In this document: piece by piece, positions 34,799-47,002 of the stretch
Layout of the letters: each line of letters starts with the position of its first letter
How positions within the stretch are numbered: position 1 is the first letter of the stretch
Assembly: GCF_000281045.1 (NCBI RefSeq)
Contig: NW_008246125.1
Coordinates: forward strand, 129,451 to 193,450
Length of the DNA: 64,000 nt
Direction of reading: 5' to 3'
Source of the DNA: Saprolegnia diclina VS20
Lineage: Eukaryota
The notes under the pieces: model-generated
What the model was told of the DNA's origin: nothing
Seen by the model: only the letters and a program-made list of their open reading frames with translations
Databases searched by the model: none
Translations under genes and position numbers: made by a program

Positions 34799-36934
34799 AT
34801 GGTGTGCTGGCGATCGCTTGCAGTCGTAGCCGGCGGCGCGGCCTTGCGCTTCGCTGCCGCCGAGGACGCGCACGAGTATGTGTCTCGGGAAGAGGTCTTC
34901 GTCGTCGCCAACACGGTATTGAACTCGCTTCTGCGTTTAAATCCGCGTCAAACGATACCTGTCTCGCGTATAGATTCGGCCGTTCTCCAACCCGACCGAG
35001 ACGTACCACTACTACAAGCTGCCGTTCTGCAAGCCCAAGGAGCGGCAATGGGACGACCACGACCTCGGTGAGCTCCTCACGGGTAGCCGGAAGGTCGTAA
35101 CCGACTACCGCATCTTCTTTGGCGTCGACGTGACGTACAACGAGCTGTGCAAGGTCCCGTTCACGCCCGAGGTGCAAAAGGCCTTTACGGACGCGGTCGA
35201 GGAAGACTTTGTTTTTGAAATGTACGTCGACGACATTCGCGTTTCGGGCCAAGTGGGCCAGGCTATGCAGCGCGTCAAGGGCGGCAACTACCTCCAGCAG
35301 CACTTGCAGCACCTCCAAAAGTACGCGCCGTCGTCGTACGACTACTACCTCAACACGCACCTCCACTTTGACATTGCGTACAACGACGTCGAGAAGGCGC
35401 TCGGCGGGTACGATGGCGACGAAGAGGTCACGTCGCCCGTCCGCAAGTATTTGGTACACGCGTGGTCCATATTCGCCTCCTCATGATTAACGAGCTTAGA
35501 TTGTTGGCATCAACATGACGATGACCAACTCGGTCGAGACGGACGAAAACGAGTTCCAGTACCATCTCGCCGAGCCGCTCACGGGCGCGTCGCCCGACAT
35601 TGTGTTTACGTACTCGGTCAAGTGGCAGAAAAAGTCGTGGGGCAAGTACGAAGACCGCCTCTTCAAGGTATATCGTTCCACCATTCGACGCTAACGCGAG
35701 CGCAGGACCCGCTCTTGCCCGAAGTGCTCGAGATCCACTGGCTCAGCATCATCAACTCGTTTGTGCTCGTCATGCTGCTCGTCGCGTTCCTCTCGATCAT
35801 CATGTTTCGCATCCTCAAGCGCGACGTGTCGCGCTACATGGACCTCGAGGACGGCGCCGACCTCCACGACGAGTCGGGCTGGAAGCTCGTGCACGCCGAC
35901 GTCTTTCGCAACCCGCCGTTTCTTGTCCTCTTTTGCGCGTTTGTCGGCGCCGGTGCCCAGCTCTTTGCGATGCTCTTTGGTGTCCTCGTCCTCTCGCTCC
36001 TCGACGTCTTCCATCCGAGCAAGCGCGGCGGCCTCGTCTCGGCCATCGTCGTCGCATACGCCCTCACGGCGGGCGTCGGCGGTTACCGCTCGGCCAGTCT
36101 CTACAAGCAGCTTGGCGGGTACTCTCCTCTGGTCTATTGCAACAAAAATGATATTAAAATATCTGGGGTCGTAGGCAGCGCTGGGTGTGGAACCTCGTCG
36201 TGAGCGGCCTCGTCGTCCCCGGGCCGCTCATCGCGATCTTTGCGTTCCTCAACACGGTCGCCATCTGGAACGACTCGTCCGCAGCGCTTCCCTTTGGCAC
36301 GATCATGATTCTGCTCTGCCTCTTTCTCCTGGTCAACGTCCCGCTCGCCATCACGGGAGGCATTGCCGGGCGCAACCTCACGGGTATATTGGCGATGTGA
36401 CATCTTATTCTAAACTTATGAATGCTAGCGCCGTACAAGCCGCCGTGCCGCACCAACAAGATCCAGCGCGAAATTCCGATGGTGCCGTGGTACCGCCGGC
36501 CGATCCCGATGGTCGTCGCCGCCGGCTGCCTTCCGTACAGCGCCGTGTACATTGAGCTACACCACATTTTCGCAGCGATCTGGGGCCACCAGATCTACAC
36601 GCTGTTTGGGATTCTCTTTTTGGCGTTTGTGATGCTCGTCTGCGTCACGGCGTTCATGACGATCACGATGACGTACTTTCAGCTCGCGGCCGAGGACCAC
36701 CGGTGGTGGTGGCGGTCGTTCTGGTCGGGCGGCATCACGGGCGTCTTTGTGCTCGCGTACAGCGTCTGGTACTTTGCGACGGCGACCGAGATGACGGGGT
36801 TCTTCCAGGCCGCCTTTTACTTTGGCTACTCGCTCATGATGGCCTACTGCTTCTTCATCATGCTCGGCTTCATCGGGTTCCAGTCCGCACTCCTCTTTGT
36901 GCGCAAGATCTACACGACGATCAAGGTCGAGTAG
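34799..36934 (+). CDS. Transmembrane 9 superfamily / EMP70 (TM9SF1-like), multi-exon
   Basis: Signal peptide, NPTETYHYYKLPFCKP, EIHWLSIINSFVLV, DESGWKLVHADVFR, PCRTNKIQREIP and EDHRWWWRSF. C-terminal IKVE (KxD/E retention motif). Confidence 0.95.
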
Positions 36935-37028
36935 ACGCAATAAGCTCGAAACGAGTCAGCTTCGATCATCCGTATTGCGACTCTCCGTTGCAGTTGAAAA
37001 GTTACGAAAGACAAAGGGTTGATGGACT

Positions 37029-38096
37029 CTAGAGCAAGCGAAGAAACTTGCGCGCGTTGTACGTCGTGGCCGCCGCAACGTCCTTTGCCGGGAGGCCCAA
37101 GCACTCGGCGAGAGCTTCGACGACGCTGGGGAGCGCGGTGGCGACGTTCGGATACTGCTTCTTGGGGTGCGTCGCCGCAAGCTTCCGGCAGTGCGGAAAA
37201 CCCATGTACGGCGCGTCCGTCTCGACCACGAGCCGGTCCAGCGGCACGACGCCGTCGCGAAGCAGCGACTGGAGGTTCGCGCCGTGGGATTTGCAGAGGA
37301 AACCCGTGACGCCAATGTACAGACCCATGCTGACGTACGTCGCGGCTTCCGCGGCCGTGCCCGTGAAACAGTGCACGACGGTTGGCGGCAGCTTGGCCGC
37401 GCGCTCCGTCAGCGCCGCCACAAACGGCTCGTGCGCAAGGCGTTCGTGAAGAAAGAGCGGCTTCTGCAGGTCGCACGCGAGGTCGAGCTGCGGAAGAAAC
37501 CACTCGAGTTGCAGCTCCGGCGACGGAAAACCCGGTGAGTAGTCGAGACCGCACTCGCCGACAGCGACCATCTCGGGCTGCTTGGCGAGCGCCGAGAGCG
37601 TCGCAAAGGCGGCGGGGTCGAACGCCGACGTAGCGTTGTACGGGTGCACGCCGGCCGTCGGAAAGAGCACCTGCGACCAGAGCTTGTAAGATAGAATGCA
37701 ATGTCGATCGACGAACCGTTGGGTACAGCCGTGCGAGTTCCAAGCACTGCTGGCTTTCCTCGAGCGTCGCGCCGGGCACGAGCATCTGCGTGACGCGGGC
37801 CTCCTTAGCCTCGGCAATGAGCGCGGGCGCCTGGCCTTCGAAATCGGGGTGCGTTAGGTTACAGTCAAAGTCAAACAGGTCGACGTCGAGAGTAAGCCAC
37901 GCCGGCAGCTTGCTATCGAGAGCCTTGATGCATCAGCAGCGAATCGATGCTCGTACCTCACGGGCGCCACGGGCGTTGACGCTTTCTGGAGCTTCTTGGC
38001 GCGCTTGGCGATCTTCATGGCCTTGGCGTCCATGGTCGGCGCCGCCACGGGAGCGGCTGGTGGCACGGGAGCGCTCTTGCTGTCGTCGCTGCTCAT
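37029..38096 (-). CDS. tatD: TatD-family DNase, 3 exons
   Basis: FDFDCNLTH, TAGVHP, VAVGECGLDY, PLFLHER, VVHCFTG and VETDAPY. Basic N-terminal extension in exon 1. Confidence 0.92.
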
Positions 38097-38429
38097 GGCT
38101 GTCGCTGGCGATCCAAGCAAAACACTGGTTGCTCTCCGGATACCGAATCCTGGTTTTGCTGCTCTCGCTGTCTATGTACACCCAACTCCTGTCACAGAAG
38201 TGGGGTCACAGACGGAAGCGTTCTTGTTCCACTTGTACCGAAGAACGCGACTCAAGAGAAATGGATATGGTCTTCTCAATCGACAAGCTCGTGCGGGCTG
38301 AAAATGCTGCTTTCATATTGTATTGCGATCTCAGCGGAAATACTTGCGTGAAACTAGTCAATCGGTTACCCGGCCCGAGACAAGGATTTGTCCGGATTGG
38401 AATAGGCCAGCCAACCGGTGGAGTCGAGC

Positions 38430-40906
38430 ATGAAGCGCGAGCTGTGGAGCCATGCGCTGCCGAACGAGCCGACGACGGTCGTCGAGCTAGGCATGAGCCA
38501 GCGCCTCGTACACGCGTCGCCGGACGCAATCCCTTCGACGTCGGTACCGCTGCTTAATGCACCAAGCGCGGTCGTTGGCTTCGAAGCCGTCGGCGCGCCA
38601 CGGGTCTTCTTCCGCAACGTGGCCGCGTACCCGTTCAAGCGACCAGATACGAGCCGCGACTGGTACAGCATGGATCGACACGCCAACTACGTTCAAAACT
38701 GGGCTGCGCGGCAGCTCTCGGCCTTTGACAAGCGCTTCAAGGACAACCTCTCGCAGCTACACCCGGAGACCCGCGACCACATCGAGACCGAGATCCTGTA
38801 CGTCCCTGGTCGTCGAATGCAACACATCTTATGTGGATGCTCGTAGGAACGGTCGCGCCAACAGCGCCCTCCGCAGCGCGCGCCAAGGCAACGCGCTTGC
38901 AACCCACACGACGAGTGCGCACCAGGTCTTGTGGACGCCATCGGGCGAGCTCATGCAGCACATCCAGTGCTTTCGACGCGAGTCGCAGCCAAGCCATCGA
39001 TCCAAGGCCAAGCGGTGGATACGCTACGCACCAACGACTGCGACGACGAACCCGATCCGGCAGCTCGAGGCGCTTGGCGACCCCAACGTCCCAGCCGTCG
39101 TCGCCCGTGGAGACGCCAACGCCACGATCGCAGCGCTCTCGCCGGTCGACAACAGTGTTCAAATCGTCGAGACGCTGCGCTTCAACCACTTGCTCGAGCA
39201 CGTGGCGTGCAGTCCGCACACGCTCGGCGAAGCCATGTTCATTGCGCAAAACCGCGAGTTCCTCCAGTGGACGTCGGAGGGTGGCTTGCGCTCGATGGGG
39301 CCGCCCGTGCAGGAGCAGTGGACGCGCGCCGTGTACAGCAGGTCGCCCTCTCTATCTTTTGGTGCAGAGCTCACGCCTCGAATCTAGTCATCCGTGTGTG
39401 CTCTGGGTGGCCGCGACCGACACGATTGGGACGCTGGACACGCGGCAGGCATCGCCCGCCTGCTTCAATCGCAACTGGATCTACAACTCGCGCGGTGCAA
39501 CGACCATCTACGACGTCAAGCGACACCCGAGGTACACAGCGTTGATACTGCAGAGTGGTCATCGCGTCCGTAGCTGCCCGTTTCAGTACGTCGTGCGCAC
39601 GGGGCTCTCGCTCGAGGTGTTCGATACGCGCAGCAGCAGTCGGTCGGTCGTGCACTGGTCCCACACGGGGCTCTTCCCCGAAGCGAGCGTTCGTTGCAAC
39701 ATCAAGGAACCGATCACTGGGCCATTAGATATTGTCGACGTCTCGTCCGGCACCAAGAACCAAGGTATGTCATGGTGACATGTCGATCTAGTCGCAATAC
39801 TACTATGCGGCTAGCGCTCTTGCTGTCGGGCACGTCGGTCCTCAACAAGGTGACGGTGCACAGCTACCACGTCGCGTCATCGGTTCCCAGTGGAAGCGAA
39901 GTGTTGCGGCCGCTGCTGGCGTCGTCACTCGCTTCGCAGAGCCAAGCCGGCGTCGACATGGCGCCGTTCGATGTCCACTTGCCCGACACAAGTCCGTCCG
40001 TGCACTTGGTCGGGGTTGCCGGACTTTTCAACGCATTTGGCTCGGAGAAGCACGGGGCGTCTTGCGTCGACGTCTTCCAAGTCAGCTCCACGGGCGATGT
40101 CTTTTGCCAGACACTGATGGCTTCGAACGCCACACAAGCCGCCGTGCAAGCCGAGTACGCTATTGTCTCGTTATCGTTGAGTCATAGACACTTGTAGGCT
40201 CGCATGCGGTATGACGGTGCGCGCGACCGACCGCGACGCGTCGCTGCCGATCCCATTCAGCGCGTTTCTTCCCGAGCACGACGCAGAGAGCCGCCTGGCG
40301 CATGTGCGTGTTGACCAAGAGAAGCTCCGGGCTGCTTTGGTCGCACGTGCAAAGGAGCTCAGTCCAACGATATCACCCAGCGACGAACTACTTTCACTCG
40401 CGGTACTCCGCCGCCACTTTCGCGTGGTGAAGCCGTCGTGCACACTGCGAACGCTGCGGGACACGTGGGTCGATCTGCCCAAAGTCCACGTACTGCTCGC
40501 GTCGCTGCGGGCGTCCGACGGCTTCCATCTCCAGCGCGTGCACCCGCACAACCGCGGCCCCCACACTCGGGTCCGGGTGCGTCCGGCTGAAAGCGACGTC
40601 AAACCGTCGCTGGACGACGCAGCGTGTCACTGCACCAATAAGATGAGCGACGTTTTGGAACTGTGCGCAGGCGACAACTGCGTCCTACTGGACGCGATCG
40701 TTGTGCGGCGCCAGTACCACGACAACGTCAAGCACGAAGATGGTGGCCAAGCCGTCGTTGCTTATGGCATTCCGACGAGAACCAAGCGCGATGAGAAGAA
40801 GGTGACGACCAACGTCAACGGCCACGATTTTGTCCTCGCCGACCTGCGCGCCGTGTATGGCCGCCTGCCAGACTCAGCATCGCAGTACGACTCGCAGTAC
40901 GATTAA
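38430..40906 (+). CDS. TAF1C/Rrn6-like RNA polymerase I core-factor subunit (putative), multi-exon
   Basis: HVACSPHTLGEAMF, LEVFDTR...VVHWSH and VFQVSSTGDVFCQTL resemble TAF1C motifs (LLDERLPLVPMLKWNH, LFQLSAAGDVFYQ). Beta-rich WD-like composition. Confidence 0.6.
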
Positions 40907-41149
40907 GCCAAGGGAAAGCCTCCTCGAGGGGTGCAATGTAATCTACCATAAGCGTTGACCAACTTTGGGTGTACCCTCGCGCGACCGTCTCTCGAATGGT
41001 CAGGTCAGCCAAGCGAAAGACGATCGCAGCAGCTTCCAAAAGAGTCTCAGATGAAAGTTGCACCGGTCTCACGCTTGAGCTCCTAAATTCGGCCTCAAAC
41101 GACTCGTGGGCGAAGAGAGGGACACACTCAGCAGAAAGCGTTAGACACG

Positions 41150-42000
41150 ATGGAGGTCGCGTGACAGTTTACCTCATCGCCGCACCTTGACGGCATCTTG
41201 TTTGTCGACAAGAACGAGCTCGCTCCGTTGAAGAGCGTCGAGGATCCACCTCGTCGCCAAGCTACACGACATGAAGTTGAGCGTGGCAGCCCGTCGCTCA
41301 AGTTCCACGACACGGTCCTCCGCGATGACATGCAGCTGGCGCCGCTGGAGCCGACGCTGCGCACGGGAGGTGTGCGCTAGTCGCTACGCGTCAGGGACGA
41401 ATTGGAAGAAGCAAAGTGCATTCATGTCATGTCGCTCACGGGCGAGACGACGTCGCTTGACGACATCTTGTCGTCGACATTGATGATGACCATCACGAAG
41501 ATGATTCGAGACCGGACAGGCCAGTCTGTCTCCACGCAGCGCATGATCTATGCCGGCAAACAATTGTGGGATGAGAAGGCCTTGCTGGACGACAACATCA
41601 AAGCCGGTTGCACGTTGCACATCGTGAAGCGGCTGCGAGGCGGCGGCATGGCGGCCATGTTCACTGACGTCACCAACGACAACGCCATGCGTTCCACCGC
41701 CTTCTCGTCGTCGGCGCCGAGCTGGCGTGACTGAGAGTCTCAACCTCCACGGCACATGCATGAACGGCGCGAGCGAAGCGCACCGCTGCGAGGTGATTGC
41801 ATCGATTGGCACCAAGCCTTTCATCTGGTCAAGCCGTCGGGAGTCCAATCACGGCGGTGTATTCTCTGCAAGATGTACCTCGCCCAAGACAAGGCGATCT
41901 GCGGGCATATGCACGAAGGATGTGCCAAGACGTGGTTTGAAGCCTCGGCCGCGCGGCGCGACGTTGGTGCTAGCTGCCCCGAGTGCTGCGTCTGCATTAA
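41150..42000 (+). pseudogene. Ubl-ubiquitin-Cys domain-RING gene copy 1, disrupted
   Basis: Starts M-E-V-A-TGA where copy 2 has M-E-V-G-W. Ubiquitin-like [20 protein letters not shown], then [15 protein letters not shown] and a RING-like CILC..CGHMHEGC..W..CPEC. Contains stops, frameshifts and an internal deletion relative to copy 2. Confidence 0.75.
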
Positions 42001-42466
42001 TTGATGCTGATAACAACTCATATGTGTGCACGTGTCTGTGCTATCCCAAGCGTTCGAGCAAGGGTATACAAACCCTACTTTTAATTAGAAAATCTGCACG
42101 TCCGAACGGGTTAAGCCTTGGCTCCAGAAGTAGTCGTCCCAGTGGTTGCGACATTTCACGATTGAGGTACTGCTCGTTGATGCGCAGAGCCATTTCAAGA
42201 CCCACCTGCGGCGCCTCGACAGCGCGGTCGCCACCACAGCGGCTCCCGCGCTTTTGGATCTTGGCTGGCGGTAACCCGTACATTAAATGGATTTCTCCTT
42301 TTCCAATACTAAATGCAGCATTTTTTATTCTCCATCAAAATACTTTTGTCCAATCAGCGCGCATCGCGCCCATCTCACACGCCCTGAGCGCGCCACGTCA
42401 TTCTGTCGACCGTTCGATAAAAATCGGCGAAGCAAGAGGCAAGCAGTAGCAAATTTGCGGACCAGG

Positions 42467-43594
42467 ATGGAAGTCGGGTGGACGCGGGTCGTCTCGGCGC
42501 AACTCGACGGGCTCCTGTGCGTTGAAGATGATGAGCTCACGCCGACGATGACGGTCGCGGACCTCAAGGAGCTGCTTCGCTCCAAGCTCAAGGCGCTCGG
42601 TGTCGGCGTGCGCATCAACCCGAAGCTCATTTTCTACGACACGAAGCCGAACGACAGCGACGAGATTACGCCGCTCATGCCGACGTTGCGCACGGGAATC
42701 TGCGCTGGGTGCTTCATATGAAAGAAGTTCCAGTGGTCCCCCACGACGGGAAAACCGTCCAGATCTTCGTCAAGACCTTGACCAGTGCGACCATCACGCT
42801 GGACGTTCTTCTGTACTCGCCGGTCTACGAGACGATGCAAGGGATCTTGAAGAAGGAAAACATTCCGACCGATCAGCAGCGCTTGATTTACGCAGGCATG
42901 CAGCTTGAACAAGGACGAACGTTGGAAGACTACGGCTGGACGGAAATCCACGCTGCATCTCGTCCTCCGCGGCGGTGGTTCCGCGGCGTCGTTTGCCGAT
43001 GTCTCAGATGCCAGCACAATGCGCTCGGCGCGCATCTCGTCGTCTGCGCCAAGTTGGCGCACGTTCGACCGCGGTCTCAACATCCACGGCAAGTGCACCA
43101 ACGAGGCGTGCATGGTGTACGGCAAGGAAGTGATTGTTCCTGTCAACTTAAGGCCTTCAACGTCTTGGCCCATTCGGCTCCGTGCCCCATCTGCAAGCAA
43201 GCCATCGAAGCGCGGTCGTGTGGCTTTTATGCGTGCGAGTGGCGCTATGAAGCCTTCAAGGTGGGCTCCGGCATGCACATGTCATCTGACTGGAAGTCGC
43301 TGCCTACGACTGGTGGGTACCATGTTTTTTTATGGCGACGACAGCAACATGGTGCTCTGGCGCGCGCTCTTACTCTTGGTCAAGCCGCTGCGCGATGAGC
43401 CCAAGTGTGCGCTCTGCAAGGACGCTATCGGCGAGACGACGCTCTGCAAGGACGCTATCGGCGAGATGACGCTCGAGTGCAAGACGACATGCGGACACAT
43501 GCATCGTGGCTGCGTCGATGCGTGGGTCGCCGGCTCGATGCAGCGCCTCTCCGTCGGGGCCAACTGCCCCAAGTGCCACACGAGCGTCGCTTGA
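42467..43594 (+). pseudogene. Ubl-ubiquitin-Cys domain-RING-H2 gene copy 2, with 4 frameshifts
   Basis: [68 protein letters not shown] and RING CALC..CGHMHRGCVDAW..CPKC. The reading frame switches near 42710, 42937, 43150 and 43330. Confidence 0.75.
43411..43470 (+). repeat. 30-bp tandem duplication inside the RING region
   Basis: gctctgcaaggacgctatcggcgagaYgac x2, one mismatch. Confidence 0.95.
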
Positions 43595-43689
43595 TGCATA
43601 CGAAAACAAACATTGAGCAACCATCACCCAAAAAATCCAAAACATCATTTGCTCAAACTCAATGTGCTTTTGAGATCCGCTATGCTCGT

Positions 43690-45187
43690 TCACTTTCGTC
43701 GCTTGGGCTCTTCGTGACCTTCCTTCTTGGTGTGCTTTTGCACTACGCAGCATTCAATGAGTCTCAAAACTCGATACAAGATAAGACGTACGCATCTTGA
43801 GCGTCGGGAAAGCCATGGCACATGAACCGCACGGGAACTCGTCGTCGTCAAAGTCATTTGTTTTGGCCACTTCCTTTTTCCCGTCATCTTTCTTGGTCGT
43901 CTTGCGCTTCTCCTTGCGCTCGGCGCGCTTCTCAGCAGCCTTCTTGTCCTTCTCTTCGCGTTCTCTCCGCTTCGCTTCGTCCTCTTCCGAGACCTTGGCG
44001 GCCTTGGTCTCCTTCTTGGCACTCGCCTTCTTCTCGCCATCAACATCGTCGCATTGGGCGGCGTCCGGCACGGCGCGCTCGCTGCTCTCGAGCTCGAGCA
44101 GTTCGTCGAGCATCGATGGGTCGAGGCCGCTCGCGATCATTTGTTCGCGGTGCTTTTTGGATTTCAAATGGTTTTCGACCTGCTTCTCCGACTTGAACTC
44201 TTTCTTGCAGAGGTCGCAAACGAGGATCATTGCCTCTTGCTTGGCGACGCGCTTGGCAACCTCGGCGCGGACCTGCGCTTCAACGTGCGCGTGGACGACG
44301 TCGTCGTCGGCCTCCCACTGCGCCTGGAACGATGCCTTCTCGGCCTCAAAGGCCGCGCGCTTCTCCTTGGCGAGCGCTTCCTTCTCCTTTGCCGCGGCTT
44401 CCTTTGCAGCCTCGAGCTCCTTGAGGTACTTGGCCATGCGCTTGTCGCGCTTCCGGACAAACTCGACGAGCGCGCGCACGTTGGCACTGAAAGCCTTCTT
44501 GCCGCCGTCCCGCGCCTTCTTGTTGTCCTTCTCCATGAGCCGGCGGATCTCGCGCGTCGGCGCGTCCGTCGTCTTGTAAATGTCGAGCCAGCTGAACGAC
44601 CGGTCCGTCGCATACGCGCGCCAGTAGTTGTAAAAGCTGTTGACGTCGGTCGCCACGTTCGACTTGGACGAGCCAAAGGACGGGGCTGCAAGCTTGTCGC
44701 CGCGCGCCTCTTGGTCGAGCGCGTCAATCTAGTCCATCTTATATCCTCTGTGGATTGCACAATGCAAGTGCTACCTGCTCAAAGAGGGTGCGGTACACGC
44801 TGAAGAAGCCAGCGTCGTCGTCCTTGAACCCCTTGTACACCGTCGGGCTGCCGAGAAGCGTGCCATGTGAACAAGCGAAGAGAAGCCGACTTCATACCTG
44901 AAGTAGCGCATGAGGTCGAGCGGATCTTCTTCGGTCGCATGGTCGTCGCCGTCGTCGCCGCGAAGGATTTGCTCGCGATGGTCGTCGTACCATTGCCGTT
45001 CTTGCGGGTCGCTCAGCACTTCGTACGCGCTTTGGATCTCCTGGAAGATGGTCGTCGCCTCCTCGACGTTCTGGTCCGGCTTGATCTTGTCCGGATGCCA
45101 CTTGAGCGCGAGCTTGAAGAAGGCCTTGCGGAGGTCCGCGGCCGCGATGTCCCGGGCGACGCCCAGCACCTCGTAGTGGCAGCGCAT
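43690..45187 (-). CDS. DNAJC21: DNAJC21/Jjj1 J-protein with C2H2 zinc fingers, multi-exon
   Basis: [77 protein letters not shown] and [24 protein letters not shown] second finger is completed by the last exon. Confidence 0.93.
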
Positions 45188-45472
45188 CGTCGCAATTGGC
45201 CATGGCCAATCATGTCGACGACCATCACTCGTCTCGAATCTAAGCACACGCAACTCGACCTCTGCCATTCGGACGCCGCGCCAATGCAGCGCAATGCAAG
45301 GGCTGCCGGCATGCAACAATTTAGCAACAATATGATGCATTGATGGGCAGCACTCGCCAATGGTGAGGTGGGATCCGCCACGGGATCCGCCACGAGACAA
45401 GACACCGCGTAGGCGCTGTACATACATTCTCCGGTTGGATAACGGATATCCCGCGCCCTTTCCACGACGACG

Positions 45473-46931
45473 ATGAATGGGCTTGGGCTGCCGGCCATCG
45501 CAACGGGCGGCGAGGCGGCGCGGGACTTCTTCCTCGACTTTGAGACGCATGCATTCCCTTACGGTACGACAATGTCTCGCATCTCGGCCAACACCTCGCA
45601 GGCGACTCGTATGTGATGGATCCGGCGCTGCCAGGCGACGACGAGGCCGCCACTCAGCGACAGGTTCGCTGCGTTACGCCGATTTGAGATTAGTGCAGAG
45701 TCTGCTTAGCTCTGTGCGACGGTCGATACGTGGGTTAAGATGCTCCTGGACACGCTCGACGAGCTGCTGCAATGGAAAGACCACGTTGTGACACTCGCGG
45801 CGCTGCCAACCACCGCGCTCTCGACGTTGGCCGTTCTCTCGTCCAAGCTCTGTCGCTGCAAGAGCCACATTCGCAGTGCGCTGCCGCAGCTTCTTTCGAC
45901 GACCGACGACCTCATCGGTGGCGTACTCTTGAACGAGCACATTCGCGCCTACAAGACCAACATGGTCGAAATGGCGATTGCCATGGACCACGAGAAGATG
46001 GTGCTCACCGAAGAGCAAGTGAAACTTCGCGCAGCCTTGGCGCAAATGACCCGCATGAAGAGCGCGCACCGTGTCTTCCGCTGGAGCCGCCTCTCGAGTC
46101 GCTTGCGGGAACGCGAGCTCCGGCGCGCGCTCGACAATCAGCACTGTGCGTTCGAGACGAAGCGCGAAGAGCTGCACAGCCTCATCGAACGCCAACGCCA
46201 GCGCATCGAGGCACTCGAGAGGCAATTAGAGGAGCTGCAGACGTACGCGCAGCACACACCGCTCAAGAAGCCACCGAGTCCGCCGCGGCCCGAGGCGCCG
46301 CCGGTGCGAACCTTTGCAATGCGAAAAAATCGAGTCATGTCGGCGCCTTCTACCAACGTGGCCTTCCCGCGACGCAACGCTCTCGATCTATCGACAGCGG
46401 CAGCGATACCGTCCAAGGCGCGCAAGTGGCTGCGCCCACCCAAGCAGTCGACCAACAACCAGGACGACCTCACGAGTGTTGTGCCGGCAACTCCCAAGAA
46501 AGCGGTGGGCATCTGCCGGCCTCGGACGTCGAACGCGGTCGTGCGCAAGAAGCCCCTGCTGCTGTACCACGAGGTACTCAACATCAACTTGATGGCTTCA
46601 AGCGTGGATGGGGTGGTAGGACGCAGCCAACGAACGGCGGTCGCCGCCCAAGGACCGGGACCCTGATGCCATGTCCCTCGTCGAGCACGACGCTTTCTTT
46701 GGCGTACGAAGTGCAATCTTCACAACCGATTAGCCACACCCCTCGTAGGGGACATGGGATGCGCGCCGAGACGGACTGCGACGCAGTGCGCTGGCCAAGC
46801 AAGATGCCACGGCGCTCAAGGACGAGCGAATACCGAACGTGCCCGAGTCGGACGACGGTGTTGCGTTGTATGCTGTGCACCACGATGCGCTCGTGACGCG
46901 CGTGCCGCCACGTACGCAAAAGCGGCAGTAG
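45473..46931 (+). CDS. Hypothetical coiled-coil protein, multi-exon
   Basis: ATG 45473 (MNGLGLP). Two short introns lead into ORF 45740 (heptads [29 protein letters not shown]). The 3' exons are inferred from GT-AG pairs, so the end is uncertain (alternative stop 46666). Confidence 0.55.
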
Positions 46932-47002
46932 CTAGTAGGTGGAGTTTCTATTGCAATGTGATTCTTGTTATTGTAAATTCATCGTCGATCAGTCGACGTC
47001 GC

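Noticed and set aside
41162..41164. In-frame TGA as selenocysteine or readthrough
   Set aside because: It aligns with TGG (Trp) in the paralogue, and the copy has other lesions. Simple nonsense mutation.
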